Below are positions 6,812 through 14,990 of a DNA stretch of 20,000 nt, piece after piece. Source of the DNA: an uncultured virus (IMG/VR IMGVR_UViG_3300028393_000045). Lineage: Duplodnaviria > Heunggongvirae > Uroviricota > Caudoviricetes. Position 1 is the first letter of the stretch; the number at the start of each line of letters is the position of its first letter. Made by a program: the position numbers and the translations under genes. The stretch is taken from the IMG/VR virus record IMGVR_UViG_3300028393_000045, one strand, 5' to 3'. A model generated the notes under the pieces. It was not told where the DNA came from, made no database searches, and saw only the letters and a program-made list of their open reading frames with translations.

Positions 6812-9800
6812 TATTCTTGATCTCGCCAACGTTTCTCTGCAGAGTCCCAATATCTTCCACCAACTACATTTTTGGTTTCTGTTTTAGATTCTTCATATGG
6901 TTGCTCTTGTGTATCAGGCTCATTGGTAGCCGGTACAACTTGATCGTAGTCTTTCATGGTCAGAGTATTACCATTACTACTTAGATTTACTAGTTTTTCT
7001 GCCACATCGTGCAAATCTAAGTCAGTTTTTGCATCTTCTCTAGCAAATTCCATTACACGCAATAGCATAGGAACGTCCATGGTGACAGTATCAGTTGGAT
7101 TAGATGATGCTTCTTCGTCTAAGTTTATTAATTTTAGATAGTGGCGCTGTAGATATTCTTTAGCCCATTTTGCATCATCAAATAATGGACCAACACGCAC
7201 ACCTGAATGATTTAACACTTCAAATCTTTCGCCCTTGCTACCGTCCGGTCTCATGATATTAACTTTACGTACACGCGGTCTGCCAGATTTAATTTCTTCG
7301 CCCTCGGGAATCATACCATTGCGGGCACTGTCTTCTAATTCTAAGTATGCAGCCTTGGCTTTTTGATAGTTGGTCTCGTCACCAATTTTATCGTAATGTT
7401 GCATCAGGTCGTGCAGTCGATCTGCTTCTTTAATATAATCACGCATGCTCATTTTAGCAGGTTCGGCAGATTCGTTTTTATCTTGCCACCAGTAATTACC
7501 GTTAACAGGTTTTGATTTAGGCAACGATGGTGTTTTATTCAACATACGGCTACGTGCAGCTAGCGCCATTTTTTTTAATGTTTCTGGATCTTTGCCACTT
7601 AGATTGGGATGAGTGGAAGACTGGAAACGTTTAATCCATGTGTCTGGGGAATCGTTTGCAGTTAGTTTACCTTCGTCTATTTGTTGTGCTAGTATGCGTT
7701 CGACTTGTTTAATCCAGCTATTTAAATTATTCGATTCAATACCTTGTGCATTGTTTCCAACCATGCCTGCAACAGAATTAATAGCATCACTTACACGATC
7801 AGACCCATATTTTAGTAAATCTGGTCGTTTTTCTGTAATGCCCTTAACGATAGCACTTATAACAGAACTATTCGACACGCCTTCCGCCACATTTGACTTA
7901 TAACTTGGTTGTGTTTGTGCATCGGTTTCTTGAACTGCGGCTACTAATAATTTATTTCCAGCCTCTATTGCTTTTTCTAATGCTTGTTGTCTACTAGTCC
8001 ATATTATACCAGCATCTTTGAACATAGCAGGATTACGAACATTTACAGTAGGATTAGGTAATGGTTTTTCGTTTATAAAATATTCTTTATTGTTGGCATT
8101 TTGTAATATCCACTTGTTTACCTCATACCTGTCTTTTAAGAATTGCAGTTTGCCTTCGCCGCCTTTGCCATCAGTAGGGTCGAGTCCTGACTGCTCTAAC
8201 TGTTGTAAGAATTCTCCTTGATTTTGTGGATAAGCATCCATGTGTTGCACCAGGAGCCAAGCCGCATAAGGAGACGCAGGATATGACCCTTTACCGTCCT
8301 CACCTTTGTCTGCAAGTATAGTTTTTATATTTTGTTCTATATATGGCCAAACTTTGGCTTGGAAACTGGCTCGCTGTGTTGGATCTGCATTCATGCTTTG
8401 ATCTTGATTCATCCAGGCATTTAGAGTTTGCTGAACCTGATCGGGAGTTTGTTCCAAGCCTTCCGCCACACCCTGCTGTCTGCGTTCGTTATGCATATCT
8501 TTCAGTTGTGCTAGTGCTTCTTCTCTGTCGCTCATTCCATCAGCACCGTTGTCTGCTTTGTAATGAAAACAACCCCAGCCGTTTTCGTCTTGATAAATTT
8601 CGCCTACTGGCTTGCCATTTTTTGACTTGATTACTTCTGCGTTAGGGTAAACGGTATCATTGGTGCCTTCCGCCACACCCGGCTCAACAGTACCCATGTA
8701 GTGATGATCGTGTACCTTGTAACCTTTGCGACGATAGTGAGCAATGGCCTTGTTGATTGCTGCATCACGGTCTGCATGTGTTACCCGTATACTCTTCTGT
8801 ACAGTTTCGCCACGCTTGCCGACCATGGGATGATTGGGGTCGGTTACAGTGACACCAATGCGATGTACAGATTTTGTGCTTTCGTCAACTTGATCTCCGT
8901 TGCCAACTAATCTAATTAGATGCCCTTGTTTAAAATATGTTGGGTGATACATTACTACATTAAAGGTAGTATCGTTGTTATAGGAAATCTTTACATCACC
9001 TCCAGCAGCAACAATCTTACTTTTTATATCTTTTGTTGCTTGTGCATTTTTATTGGGCCCATACATAGCATTAGCCATTTGGTCTGCTAATTGTAATAGA
9101 TATTGTTTCTCGTCTCCGCCACCTTCATCTGGTGCAAACTCTTTTAATTTTCTTTGAGCATCAATTTGTGCCAATTGCTTTCTAGCAGACTGATCTCCGG
9201 AGTGGGCGCGATCTATTAGCTTTGCCATGTCAGCTTTTAATTTGGCTATTTTATTATCGATTGAATTAATATTACCTTTGACAACGTCATCTGGTACTGC
9301 GACTTTTGCACTGCCTGGGAAGTCTCTAAATTCGCCTTCGTTCATTACTCTGCTACTTAAATCGTTAATTTGAATTTCAAGATTTGCAATTTGTTTTTGG
9401 TCTTTAACTTTAACTGGATATGGTTTTCCATTCCACTCAAACTGTTGCGCACCTTGTTTAGCGGCTGCAAGATGTGCTTTTGCAAAAGCCAATGCTTCCT
9501 CTGTTGTACCAAATACTTTACTGGCTAGCCATTTAAGAGTTTTGTAAGTTATTACTCCGCCTAATACTGCCATTGCTCCTGTTAGCAAACCTGCACCCAA
9601 AGCTGGAGCAAATAAAGCAATACCGCCACCGGAGCTGGCCATAGTAACACCAGCAGTAGAACCAGCTAATCCTGCCCCTACACCAACCCCTAATGCTTTG
9701 TTTAACTCGGTATCGTGCATAAACGCATCTGCATTTCTTAATTTATTTCCTAGTTCACTTCCTGGAAATAGTGCTTCGTTTACTTCAGACTCGTTCTTAA

Positions 9801-10239
9801 CAAGTCCCATATCTTCAAGGTACTCAACTGCCTTTAATAAATTGGGTGTTGTTTTTTCTGTAGTCTTACCGTTATGCGTAATTCTTAATACATTTGTATC
9901 GCCATCGGTGCTGATAGTAGCAGTAACTTCTGAATTTTCTGGATCTATGTAACTTAATATTTCTTTAAATTTATCTTCTATAGTTTCTTTTTCTTTTTTA
10001 TCAGCGTAAGTTCCGTTTTTACCTCTGATTAAATTGTGTACTTTGCCTTCTTTGTCGGTTCTAGTCATTGCGGCAGGTTTAAGGAATGCAGCATCGTATG
10101 CAACAGCCGTTCCAAATTTCTTTTCCAATGTGGAAAGGTCGTATGCTTTTGCTTCTTTATCTTCGGTTTGAATTGTTTTATTTTTAATCTGACCTAAAAA
10201 TTCACGATCGTCATCGCTGAACATATCTAATACATACAT
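6811..10239 (-). CDS. Large modular protein, probable virion internal polyprotein; includes a DUF6624-like module
   Basis: The likely start is ATG 10239 (MYVLDMF; strong GGAGG RBS), giving 1142 aa. It is a chain of unrelated modules of about 40-200 aa separated by [VILM]-x-E sites (VNE, MNE, LKE, VDE, three VAE, IDE, IPE, LDE). The module at 7892-8457 contains DQ...AAWLLVQH.D...L.DR..VN. Confidence 0.7.
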   Translation of the reverse strand: MYVLDMFSDDDREFLGQIKNKTIQTEDKEAKAYDLSTLEKKFGTAVAYDAAFLKPAAMTRTDKEGKVHNLIRGKNGTYADKKEKETIEDKFKEILSYIDPENSEVTATISTDGDTNVLRITHNGKTTEKTTPNLLKAVEYLEDMGLVKNESEVNEALFPGSELGNKLRNADAFMHDTELNKALGVGVGAGLAGSTAGVTMASSGGGIALFAPALGAGLLTGAMAVLGGVITYKTLKWLASKVFGTTEEALAFAKAHLAAAKQGAQQFEWNGKPYPVKVKDQKQIANLEIQINDLSSRVMNEGEFRDFPGSAKVAVPDDVVKGNINSIDNKIAKLKADMAKLIDRAHSGDQSARKQLAQIDAQRKLKEFAPDEGGGDEKQYLLQLADQMANAMYGPNKNAQATKDIKSKIVAAGGDVKISYNNDTTFNVVMYHPTYFKQGHLIRLVGNGDQVDESTKSVHRIGVTVTDPNHPMVGKRGETVQKSIRVTHADRDAAINKAIAHYRRKGYKVHDHHYMGTVEPGVAEGTNDTVYPNAEVIKSKNGKPVGEIYQDENGWGCFHYKADNGADGMSDREEALAQLKDMHNERRQQGVAEGLEQTPDQVQQTLNAWMNQDQSMNADPTQRASFQAKVWPYIEQNIKTILADKGEDGKGSYPASPYAAWLLVQHMDAYPQNQGEFLQQLEQSGLDPTDGKGGEGKLQFLKDRYEVNKWILQNANNKEYFINEKPLPNPTVNVRNPAMFKDAGIIWTSRQQALEKAIEAGNKLLVAAVQETDAQTQPSYKSNVAEGVSNSSVISAIVKGITEKRPDLLKYGSDRVSDAINSVAGMVGNNAQGIESNNLNSWIKQVERILAQQIDEGKLTANDSPDTWIKRFQSSTHPNLSGKDPETLKKMALAARSRMLNKTPSLPKSKPVNGNYWWQDKNESAEPAKMSMRDYIKEADRLHDLMQHYDKIGDETNYQKAKAAYLELEDSARNGMIPEGEEIKSGRPRVRKVNIMRPDGSKGERFEVLNHSGVRVGPLFDDAKWAKEYLQRHYLKLINLDEEASSNPTDTVTMDVPMLLRVMEFAREDAKTDLDLHDVAEKLVNLSSNGNTLTMKDYDQVVPATNEPDTQEQPYEESKTETKNVVGGRYWDSAEKRWRDQE
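7879..7891 (-). repeat. VAEG junction repeat, copy 1 (TGTGGCGGAAGGC)
   Basis: Plus strand GCCTTCCGCCACA, identical to 13 nt of the copies at 8458 and 8665. Confidence 0.85.
8458..8473 (-). repeat. GVAEG junction repeat, copy 2 (GGGTGTGGCGGAAGGC)
   Basis: 16 nt identical to 8665-8680; 8460-8477 matches 11220-11237 at 17 of 18 positions. Confidence 0.9.
8665..8680 (-). repeat. GVAEG junction repeat, copy 3 (GGGTGTGGCGGAAGGC)
   Basis: Exact 16-nt direct repeat of 8458-8473, 207 nt (69 codons) away and in the same frame. Confidence 0.9.
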
Positions 10240-10240
10240 A

Positions 10241-10780
10241 TTAACCTCCCTGCCCTGGCATTTCTTGTTTTGCTTTGTTTGCAAGTGATGCCAATTGGCT
10301 TTGTGTTAGTCCAGCATTAGCTAACATTTGTGCCATTGCTGCTAACCCTTGTGGATTAATTGGCGGTGTTGGTTTTGGTGTTTGCCCCGGCGTGGAACCA
10401 ACTGTTGTTGTTTTTGGTGCAGTGTTGGCCGCAGTAGTAGGCGGTGTAGTTTGACCAGCAGATGTAGTTGGTGCAGCTTGCCCTGCAGATGCAGACGGTG
10501 TAGTTTGAGCTTGCCCTGCAGATTGCCCTACAGTTCCGACTACACCTACTTCGTTTATACTTCTTACATATTTTTGGTCTTTAAAATATTCAACCAATGA
10601 ATCGACACTATCGTGATAATCGATTCCTGATTCAAGCAAATCATTTACAGATTGTTTAATGAAATGTCTTTCATTCTCGGTTATACCGCCGTATACATTT
10701 TTATCTTCGACAATATCGTTTACACGTACCAGGCCTTCTACAATCCTGTTTAATAGTGTTGATGAAATAGAGTCAATCAT
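10241..10780 (-). CDS. Hypothetical protein with a Thr/Ala/Pro-rich low-complexity region; possible head-associated protein
   Basis: 179 aa with an ATGA overlap with the upstream gene. Several I-x-E sites (IVE, ITE, INE). SAGQA repeats (AGCTTGCCCTGCAGAT at 10475-10490 and 10508-10523). Confidence 0.7.
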   Translation of the reverse strand: MIDSISSTLLNRIVEGLVRVNDIVEDKNVYGGITENERHFIKQSVNDLLESGIDYHDSVDSLVEYFKDQKYVRSINEVGVVGTVGQSAGQAQTTPSASAGQAAPTTSAGQTTPPTTAANTAPKTTTVGSTPGQTPKPTPPINPQGLAAMAQMLANAGLTQSQLASLANKAKQEMPGQGG

Positions 10781-11676
10781 TTGCTGGTCCTTGACTTGGG
10801 ACGGCCACCAAACAATTCACCTGCTTGTTGTCCACCCATATTAGTTGCCATACCACCACTTGAACTAGCACCTGCCGTTGATTCAAATTCTGCATCTGGC
10901 GCATCTACATCGCCTATTTTACTAGAGTTCATTGTGATGCCTTTATATTTAATTTTTAGATTAGAATACATGTTACCACGTTGTCTTAAAAAATTACTTA
11001 ACCATTTGTCGGCCTGTATAATAACTTGTTTTGGCGCGCCTCCCCAATTATATTTTTCTATCATTGGTGTTAGATCAAATTCCTTATACTCACCACCCAT
11101 TAGCATAGATGCCATTAATTTATTTGGATCGGTCTGATCGGCTGCTTTTGCTAACCCAGGTGCCGCAGCAGTAGCAGCGGCAGCACCTGCTCCTTTAAGG
11201 AATCCCCTGCGGCTCATATCTTCCGCCACACCTTGCTCTTTACCCAGGTCTTTCTGACGCAGACTTTTCTTCATAGTGTCAATCTTTTTGCCTGCACCCA
11301 CTTGGTCGGTGTTGGCATCTTTTGCGGCTTGATTATACTTGCGTTTGGCTTGTTTTAGTGCCGAGCCTTCCTCCACAATACCAAGAGTATTCATGTTCTC
11401 GTCGGCAACTTTGTTCTCCATATGGGAACCCAACTCGTACTCTAGCCATTCTTTTACATTGCGTAAGTAGTCATTTGCCAAAGTTATCTTTTCGCTTGCC
11501 CACCCCGGTATGCCATCCTCCTCGCTGATTTTTTTAAGCATTCTATGCAGTTCCATGGCATTTGATGCAGAATGGTAACATTCTTCTCTGGCCATTTGTA
11601 CTTCGTGGTCCATATGCATAGACTCAGCTGCTTGTACAATTGGGTGTTTTTCGGGTATAAAATCTATAGGTTTCAT
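10777..11676 (-). CDS. Modular protein, probable virion internal protein, containing an internal Tat signal peptide
   Basis: 299 aa. N-terminus MKPIDFIPE; junctions GIVEEG and GVAED, then MSRRGFLKGAGAAAATAAAPGLAKA. Preceded by CATAAATA. Confidence 0.75.
   Translation of the reverse strand: MKPIDFIPEKHPIVQAAESMHMDHEVQMAREECYHSASNAMELHRMLKKISEEDGIPGWASEKITLANDYLRNVKEWLEYELGSHMENKVADENMNTLGIVEEGSALKQAKRKYNQAAKDANTDQVGAGKKIDTMKKSLRQKDLGKEQGVAEDMSRRGFLKGAGAAAATAAAPGLAKAADQTDPNKLMASMLMGGEYKEFDLTPMIEKYNWGGAPKQVIIQADKWLSNFLRQRGNMYSNLKIKYKGITMNSSKIGDVDAPDAEFESTAGASSSGGMATNMGGQQAGELFGGRPKSRTSK
11220..11232 (-). repeat. GVAE junction repeat, copy 4 (GGTGTGGCGGAAG)
   Basis: Plus strand CTTCCGCCACACC. 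It lies in a different gene from copies 1-3 but is read in the same codon phase. Confidence 0.85.
11365..11377 (-). repeat. Degenerate junction repeat, copy 5 (TGTGGAGGAAGGC; VEEG)
   Basis: One mismatch to the 13-nt core; 147 nt (49 codons) from copy 4, in frame. Confidence 0.65.
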
Positions 11677-11698
11677 AGTAGTAAATTGGTTAGTAATG

Positions 11699-11706
11699 TA
11701 TTTATG
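11699..11706 (-). promoter_or_regulatory. T4-like late promoter motif (CATAAATA)
   Basis: Intergenic, 22 nt upstream of ATG 11676. The same octamer precedes the genes starting at 13312 and 19093. The T4 gp55 consensus is TATAAATA. Confidence 0.6.
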
Positions 11707-11713
11707 TTACAGT

Positions 11714-13312
11714 TTAATACGCACTGTTGGACTTGATGATAACTTGATCAATTGGTAAACTAGCCACTGAGTTATTAAGACTATTCCAGGAATCAATTCC
11801 TGTATTCTTATTAGGGGTAAACAATACTTTATCGTTTTTAACTTTACCAGTAGCTATTCCCATTGGTTTACCTTTCCACCAGACAACATCGCCGCTTTTA
11901 ACACGCTCTGCTTTATTCAAAAATTGGTCTGGTGGTGTAATGCCTTCTGTTACTTTATTTTCTAACTTATTAAAGAATATTACGATTGCTTGTTTTACAT
12001 CTTCGGCAGCATATAATCTATCATTAGTGATAGCCAATCGTTTAGAAAACAGATCTCCGTCTTCTTTACTTTTAGCATATTCCTTTGCTGCAAGACTAGA
12101 AAAATGTGCTCGCGCTGCATATAGTCTACGTAATTCCATCCATTCTTCTTCGTCTGGCGTGGGTCTCGGATCGTGTTGCAGCAAAGACAATCGCTTCATT
12201 CTTTCTGCATATTTTACCAACTCTACAGCTACTTTTTCTGCAAGGTGACTTTCGTATGGTTTTTCTTGTATAGGGGTATAGTCATTGACATCGTCCCAAT
12301 TTGGATCTACAAGATCGCCTTCGGGATCGAGCTCGGAGCGTGACAAGTATTGAACAAGTTTTTTTGCTAGATTGCTGTTGGTATCAGACATTTTTAAAAA
12401 GGCAAGGCGTCCTGCATTCAGCCCCCTTTCTGCAAATAATCGTGCTAACTCTACTAATTCCCTAGTATCTTTTTCAACTTCGGGATCTGACTCGGGGTCT
12501 AAGAACGTTCTTGTAAATTTTATAATTTCGCTGGCATATTTATAAGGTCTGTAGTCTGTTACACGTTGTTTAAAATCTTCTTCTAAGTTAGTTGCAGCGT
12601 CAACAACTGGGTCATATGGTATTTTATTAAAAATATGTACCAACTCAGGGGTTGCTTGCCCGTATAATTGTGTTAAGAATTCTTTACTGGCACCCTCATC
12701 TTCTCTCACCATGTTCCATAACATCCTGCATTCAGTGCCATGGCTAGCATCGTATGTCTTTCCATTGATATTAACCTGTGCTGGTTTTTCTGCTACAACT
12801 ATTACATAGCTATGTTTGTCTGCTGTGGTTGATTCTGCAATGGATTTAAATGTTAAGAATGGTTTAAGATCACCAACATTTTTACCAGGCGGTATTCTGG
12901 ACTTCTTAGGTGACCCGTCTTTTTTTGGTTTGGGTGTAAATTGTGTATAGACACTATCAACTTCTAGTCGTTGTTTATCTGGTTCGCCCACAGCAAAAAT
13001 GGCTATTGTTTTACTAGGATCAAATCCTAATATTCTTGCATAATCTTGAATTTTGTAAGGTCGATTGGCTTCAACAATACGATCATTATGTACACCTGCG
13101 GCATGCATTAGCTGTACTTTATCAGTAAAGTTAAATGGACTTTTAGGTAGATCTACATTATTACTAGTACCAATGAATACATTATCACGACCAAATTTTC
13201 TTTGCAGTTCGTTAAAAACCGCACCATGCCCTTTATGAAACGGCTGGAACCTTCCTGGGTAAATAACCACAATGTGGGTTGCTTGGGATTCAAAAAGGTC
13301 AAATACAAACAT
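11714..13312 (-). CDS. HxGH nucleotidyltransferase (cytidylyltransferase-like) N-terminal domain fused to additional unknown modules
   Basis: VVIYPGRFQPFHKGH motif followed by SPFNFTDK. N-terminus MFVFDLFES. The C-terminal half is divided by LEE, IQE, LAE and VTE sites. RBS AAGGA. Confidence 0.8.
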   Translation of the reverse strand: MFVFDLFESQATHIVVIYPGRFQPFHKGHGAVFNELQRKFGRDNVFIGTSNNVDLPKSPFNFTDKVQLMHAAGVHNDRIVEANRPYKIQDYARILGFDPSKTIAIFAVGEPDKQRLEVDSVYTQFTPKPKKDGSPKKSRIPPGKNVGDLKPFLTFKSIAESTTADKHSYVIVVAEKPAQVNINGKTYDASHGTECRMLWNMVREDEGASKEFLTQLYGQATPELVHIFNKIPYDPVVDAATNLEEDFKQRVTDYRPYKYASEIIKFTRTFLDPESDPEVEKDTRELVELARLFAERGLNAGRLAFLKMSDTNSNLAKKLVQYLSRSELDPEGDLVDPNWDDVNDYTPIQEKPYESHLAEKVAVELVKYAERMKRLSLLQHDPRPTPDEEEWMELRRLYAARAHFSSLAAKEYAKSKEDGDLFSKRLAITNDRLYAAEDVKQAIVIFFNKLENKVTEGITPPDQFLNKAERVKSGDVVWWKGKPMGIATGKVKNDKVLFTPNKNTGIDSWNSLNNSVASLPIDQVIIKSNSAY

Positions 13313-13329
13313 AAAAATTCCTTATCTAA

Positions 13330-13337
13330 TATTTATG
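13330..13337 (-). promoter_or_regulatory. T4-like late promoter motif (CATAAATA)
   Basis: Lies between the terminator at 13362-13395 and the RBS/ATG at 13312. Confidence 0.6.
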
Positions 13338-13361
13338 GTCATTGATAAGAATCGTTGAATC

Positions 13362-13395
13362 AAAAAAAAAGACTGAAATTTTTCAGTCTTTTTTT
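13362..13395. terminator. Intrinsic terminator (potentially bidirectional) ending the dnaJ-clpA-glycosyltransferase operon
   Basis: A9-GACTGAAA-TT-TTTCAGTC-T7: an inverted repeat flanked by A and T tracts, just after the stop at 13409. Confidence 0.8.
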
Positions 13396-13408
13396 ATGTA
13401 TTGTAATT

Positions 13409-14263
13409 TTATTCTGCTGGTGTTGGTGCTTTTGGCGCCTTAGAAAAGTCCGGCATTTGACTCAAATCACCTTTGTATTCATAGTGCCCGATGTGATTTA
13501 ACAAGACTTTGTTATGTGCCCAAATTTCGCCGCCAACGGCTTGCCAACGTCGGCAAAATAACCAATCTTCGCTGAGATAGTGACCTTTTGCATCAATTGC
13601 TGTGTCAAATATAGCATACATCATTGGTTCGTATTGCTTGCCTAACCCTACATCATCTACATACTTGGTTTCTGGATGTGCAGCAATTAGTTGCTCATAT
13701 ACGCTACGTTTAAAGATTAAAAATCCAGTTCCCATAGTATCTACTGTAAAGATATCGCCCTGTATTTTAGTCTGCGGCAACAAGTTAATCACATAGTTAC
13801 TAGGAATGCTTTTCTTAGGATACAATCCGCCGATGACATCTTTTTCATAAACAAGCATTTGAAATATTGATTCTGCATCAAATCTGATATCTGCATCAAT
13901 GAACATAAAATGTGTAGCCTTATCATTAGTCATCATTTTAGCCATTAAATTATTACGGCCACGAGTAATTAAACTCTCGTTAACCATAGTATCTAAACTC
14001 CAATTGAGTCCTGTCCGTTGAGCCATTAATATGAAACGTAATAAACTGGTCATAGTGGGTTCACTGCACATACCGCCATAACATGGGATTCCGATATGTA
14101 AATGCAATTTACTAAAATCGTATGGAGTACCGTTTTGTTGAGTAGACTGCACTTGATTTGCGTTTTGCTTCTTCATTATATCGGCAATTTTTTGTACAAC
14201 TTCTGTAGCTGTATCGCCTGGCACATTGATTGGATTGCTCGAATCTGATTGATTGTTTTCCAT
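13409..14263 (-). CDS. Glycosyltransferase, GT-A fold
   Basis: IGIPCYGG, ESLITRGRN, DxD motif FIDADI, GTGF, LSEDWLFC and C-terminal HIG. Confidence 0.8.
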   Translation of the reverse strand: MENNQSDSSNPINVPGDTATEVVQKIADIMKKQNANQVQSTQQNGTPYDFSKLHLHIGIPCYGGMCSEPTMTSLLRFILMAQRTGLNWSLDTMVNESLITRGRNNLMAKMMTNDKATHFMFIDADIRFDAESIFQMLVYEKDVIGGLYPKKSIPSNYVINLLPQTKIQGDIFTVDTMGTGFLIFKRSVYEQLIAAHPETKYVDDVGLGKQYEPMMYAIFDTAIDAKGHYLSEDWLFCRRWQAVGGEIWAHNKVLLNHIGHYEYKGDLSQMPDFSKAPKAPTPAE

Positions 14264-14273
14264 TTTTTTCTTT

Positions 14274-14990
14274 CTATTGATTTTTCTGATTGATTATAAT
14301 CTGATTTACCGACCCAATTAAGGATGGTGCTAACATTTTGAGTATATCTAACATCTTGATGTCATTAAGATATATGAAGCCGCCTTGAAAATATTTATAT
14401 CTATCTGACAGTCTCTCTAATATAAATTTTGATATTTTTATCTCGCTATCTAAATTTTTTATATAATTTACTAGTGCATGTCGATCCTCAAGTTTGATGA
14501 AACCTTCTTTTAAGCGCACCTTATAAGGATGGTCGCTTTCTTTTTTAGTGATAATAAAACCTTGATCTAACAATTTTTTGTCCGAATCAAATTCTAACAA
14601 GGAAATTGAACTTAATCTAGCTTTATGCTCGCTTAAAATTTCATTAGCTACATTATACAAGTAAGATTCAGAATCTGCAAATACAGTGAAAGAATAATAA
14701 CTAATTCTAAATTTTACTTTAACATCAGGTGGTGTTGTATAATATTTGTAAAAGTCTTCTAGTGTTTTTAAACTTGCATTTTGATTTTTGTACCTGACGA
14801 ATCTGTCTGTGTTTCTATAATTAAAAGCCTTCACAGTTGATGGCAACTTATCGGCAGTTTTACAATTAATCAAACATCTAGCACCTTGCAAATTATAAGT
14901 TAAACTGTAACAAAACTCGTTAAAAAATTTCTTCTTAGTATAAAGAAAACGCAGGTCTTGATTTAGTTTACCCCACTCTGATAAATCCAT
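14274..14990 (-). CDS. Hypothetical protein
   Basis: About 238-aa ORF. ATG 14990 (MDLSEW) is preferred over TTG 14999. It overlaps the clpA 3' end; no motif recognised. Confidence 0.7.
   Translation of the reverse strand: MDLSEWGKLNQDLRFLYTKKKFFNEFCYSLTYNLQGARCLINCKTADKLPSTVKAFNYRNTDRFVRYKNQNASLKTLEDFYKYYTTPPDVKVKFRISYYSFTVFADSESYLYNVANEILSEHKARLSSISLLEFDSDKKLLDQGFIITKKESDHPYKVRLKEGFIKLEDRHALVNYIKNLDSEIKISKFILERLSDRYKYFQGGFIYLNDIKMLDILKMLAPSLIGSVNQIIINQKNQ

Noticed and set aside
6997..7008. DVAEK (GATGTGGCAGAA) as a sixth junction repeat
   Set aside because: It diverges from the core (GCA, no following G) and lies inside an apparently continuous helical module.
10430..10530. SAGQA/TTP repeats in the 179-aa ORF as a functional DNA repeat
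   Set aside because: Short local duplications in a low-complexity linker, unrelated to the GVAEG word.
7879..11377. GTGGCGGAAG repeats as CRISPR repeats or Chi sites
   Set aside because: Too short, spaced irregularly by 147-2500 nt of coding sequence, always in one codon phase, and not the E. coli Chi sequence GCTGGTGG.
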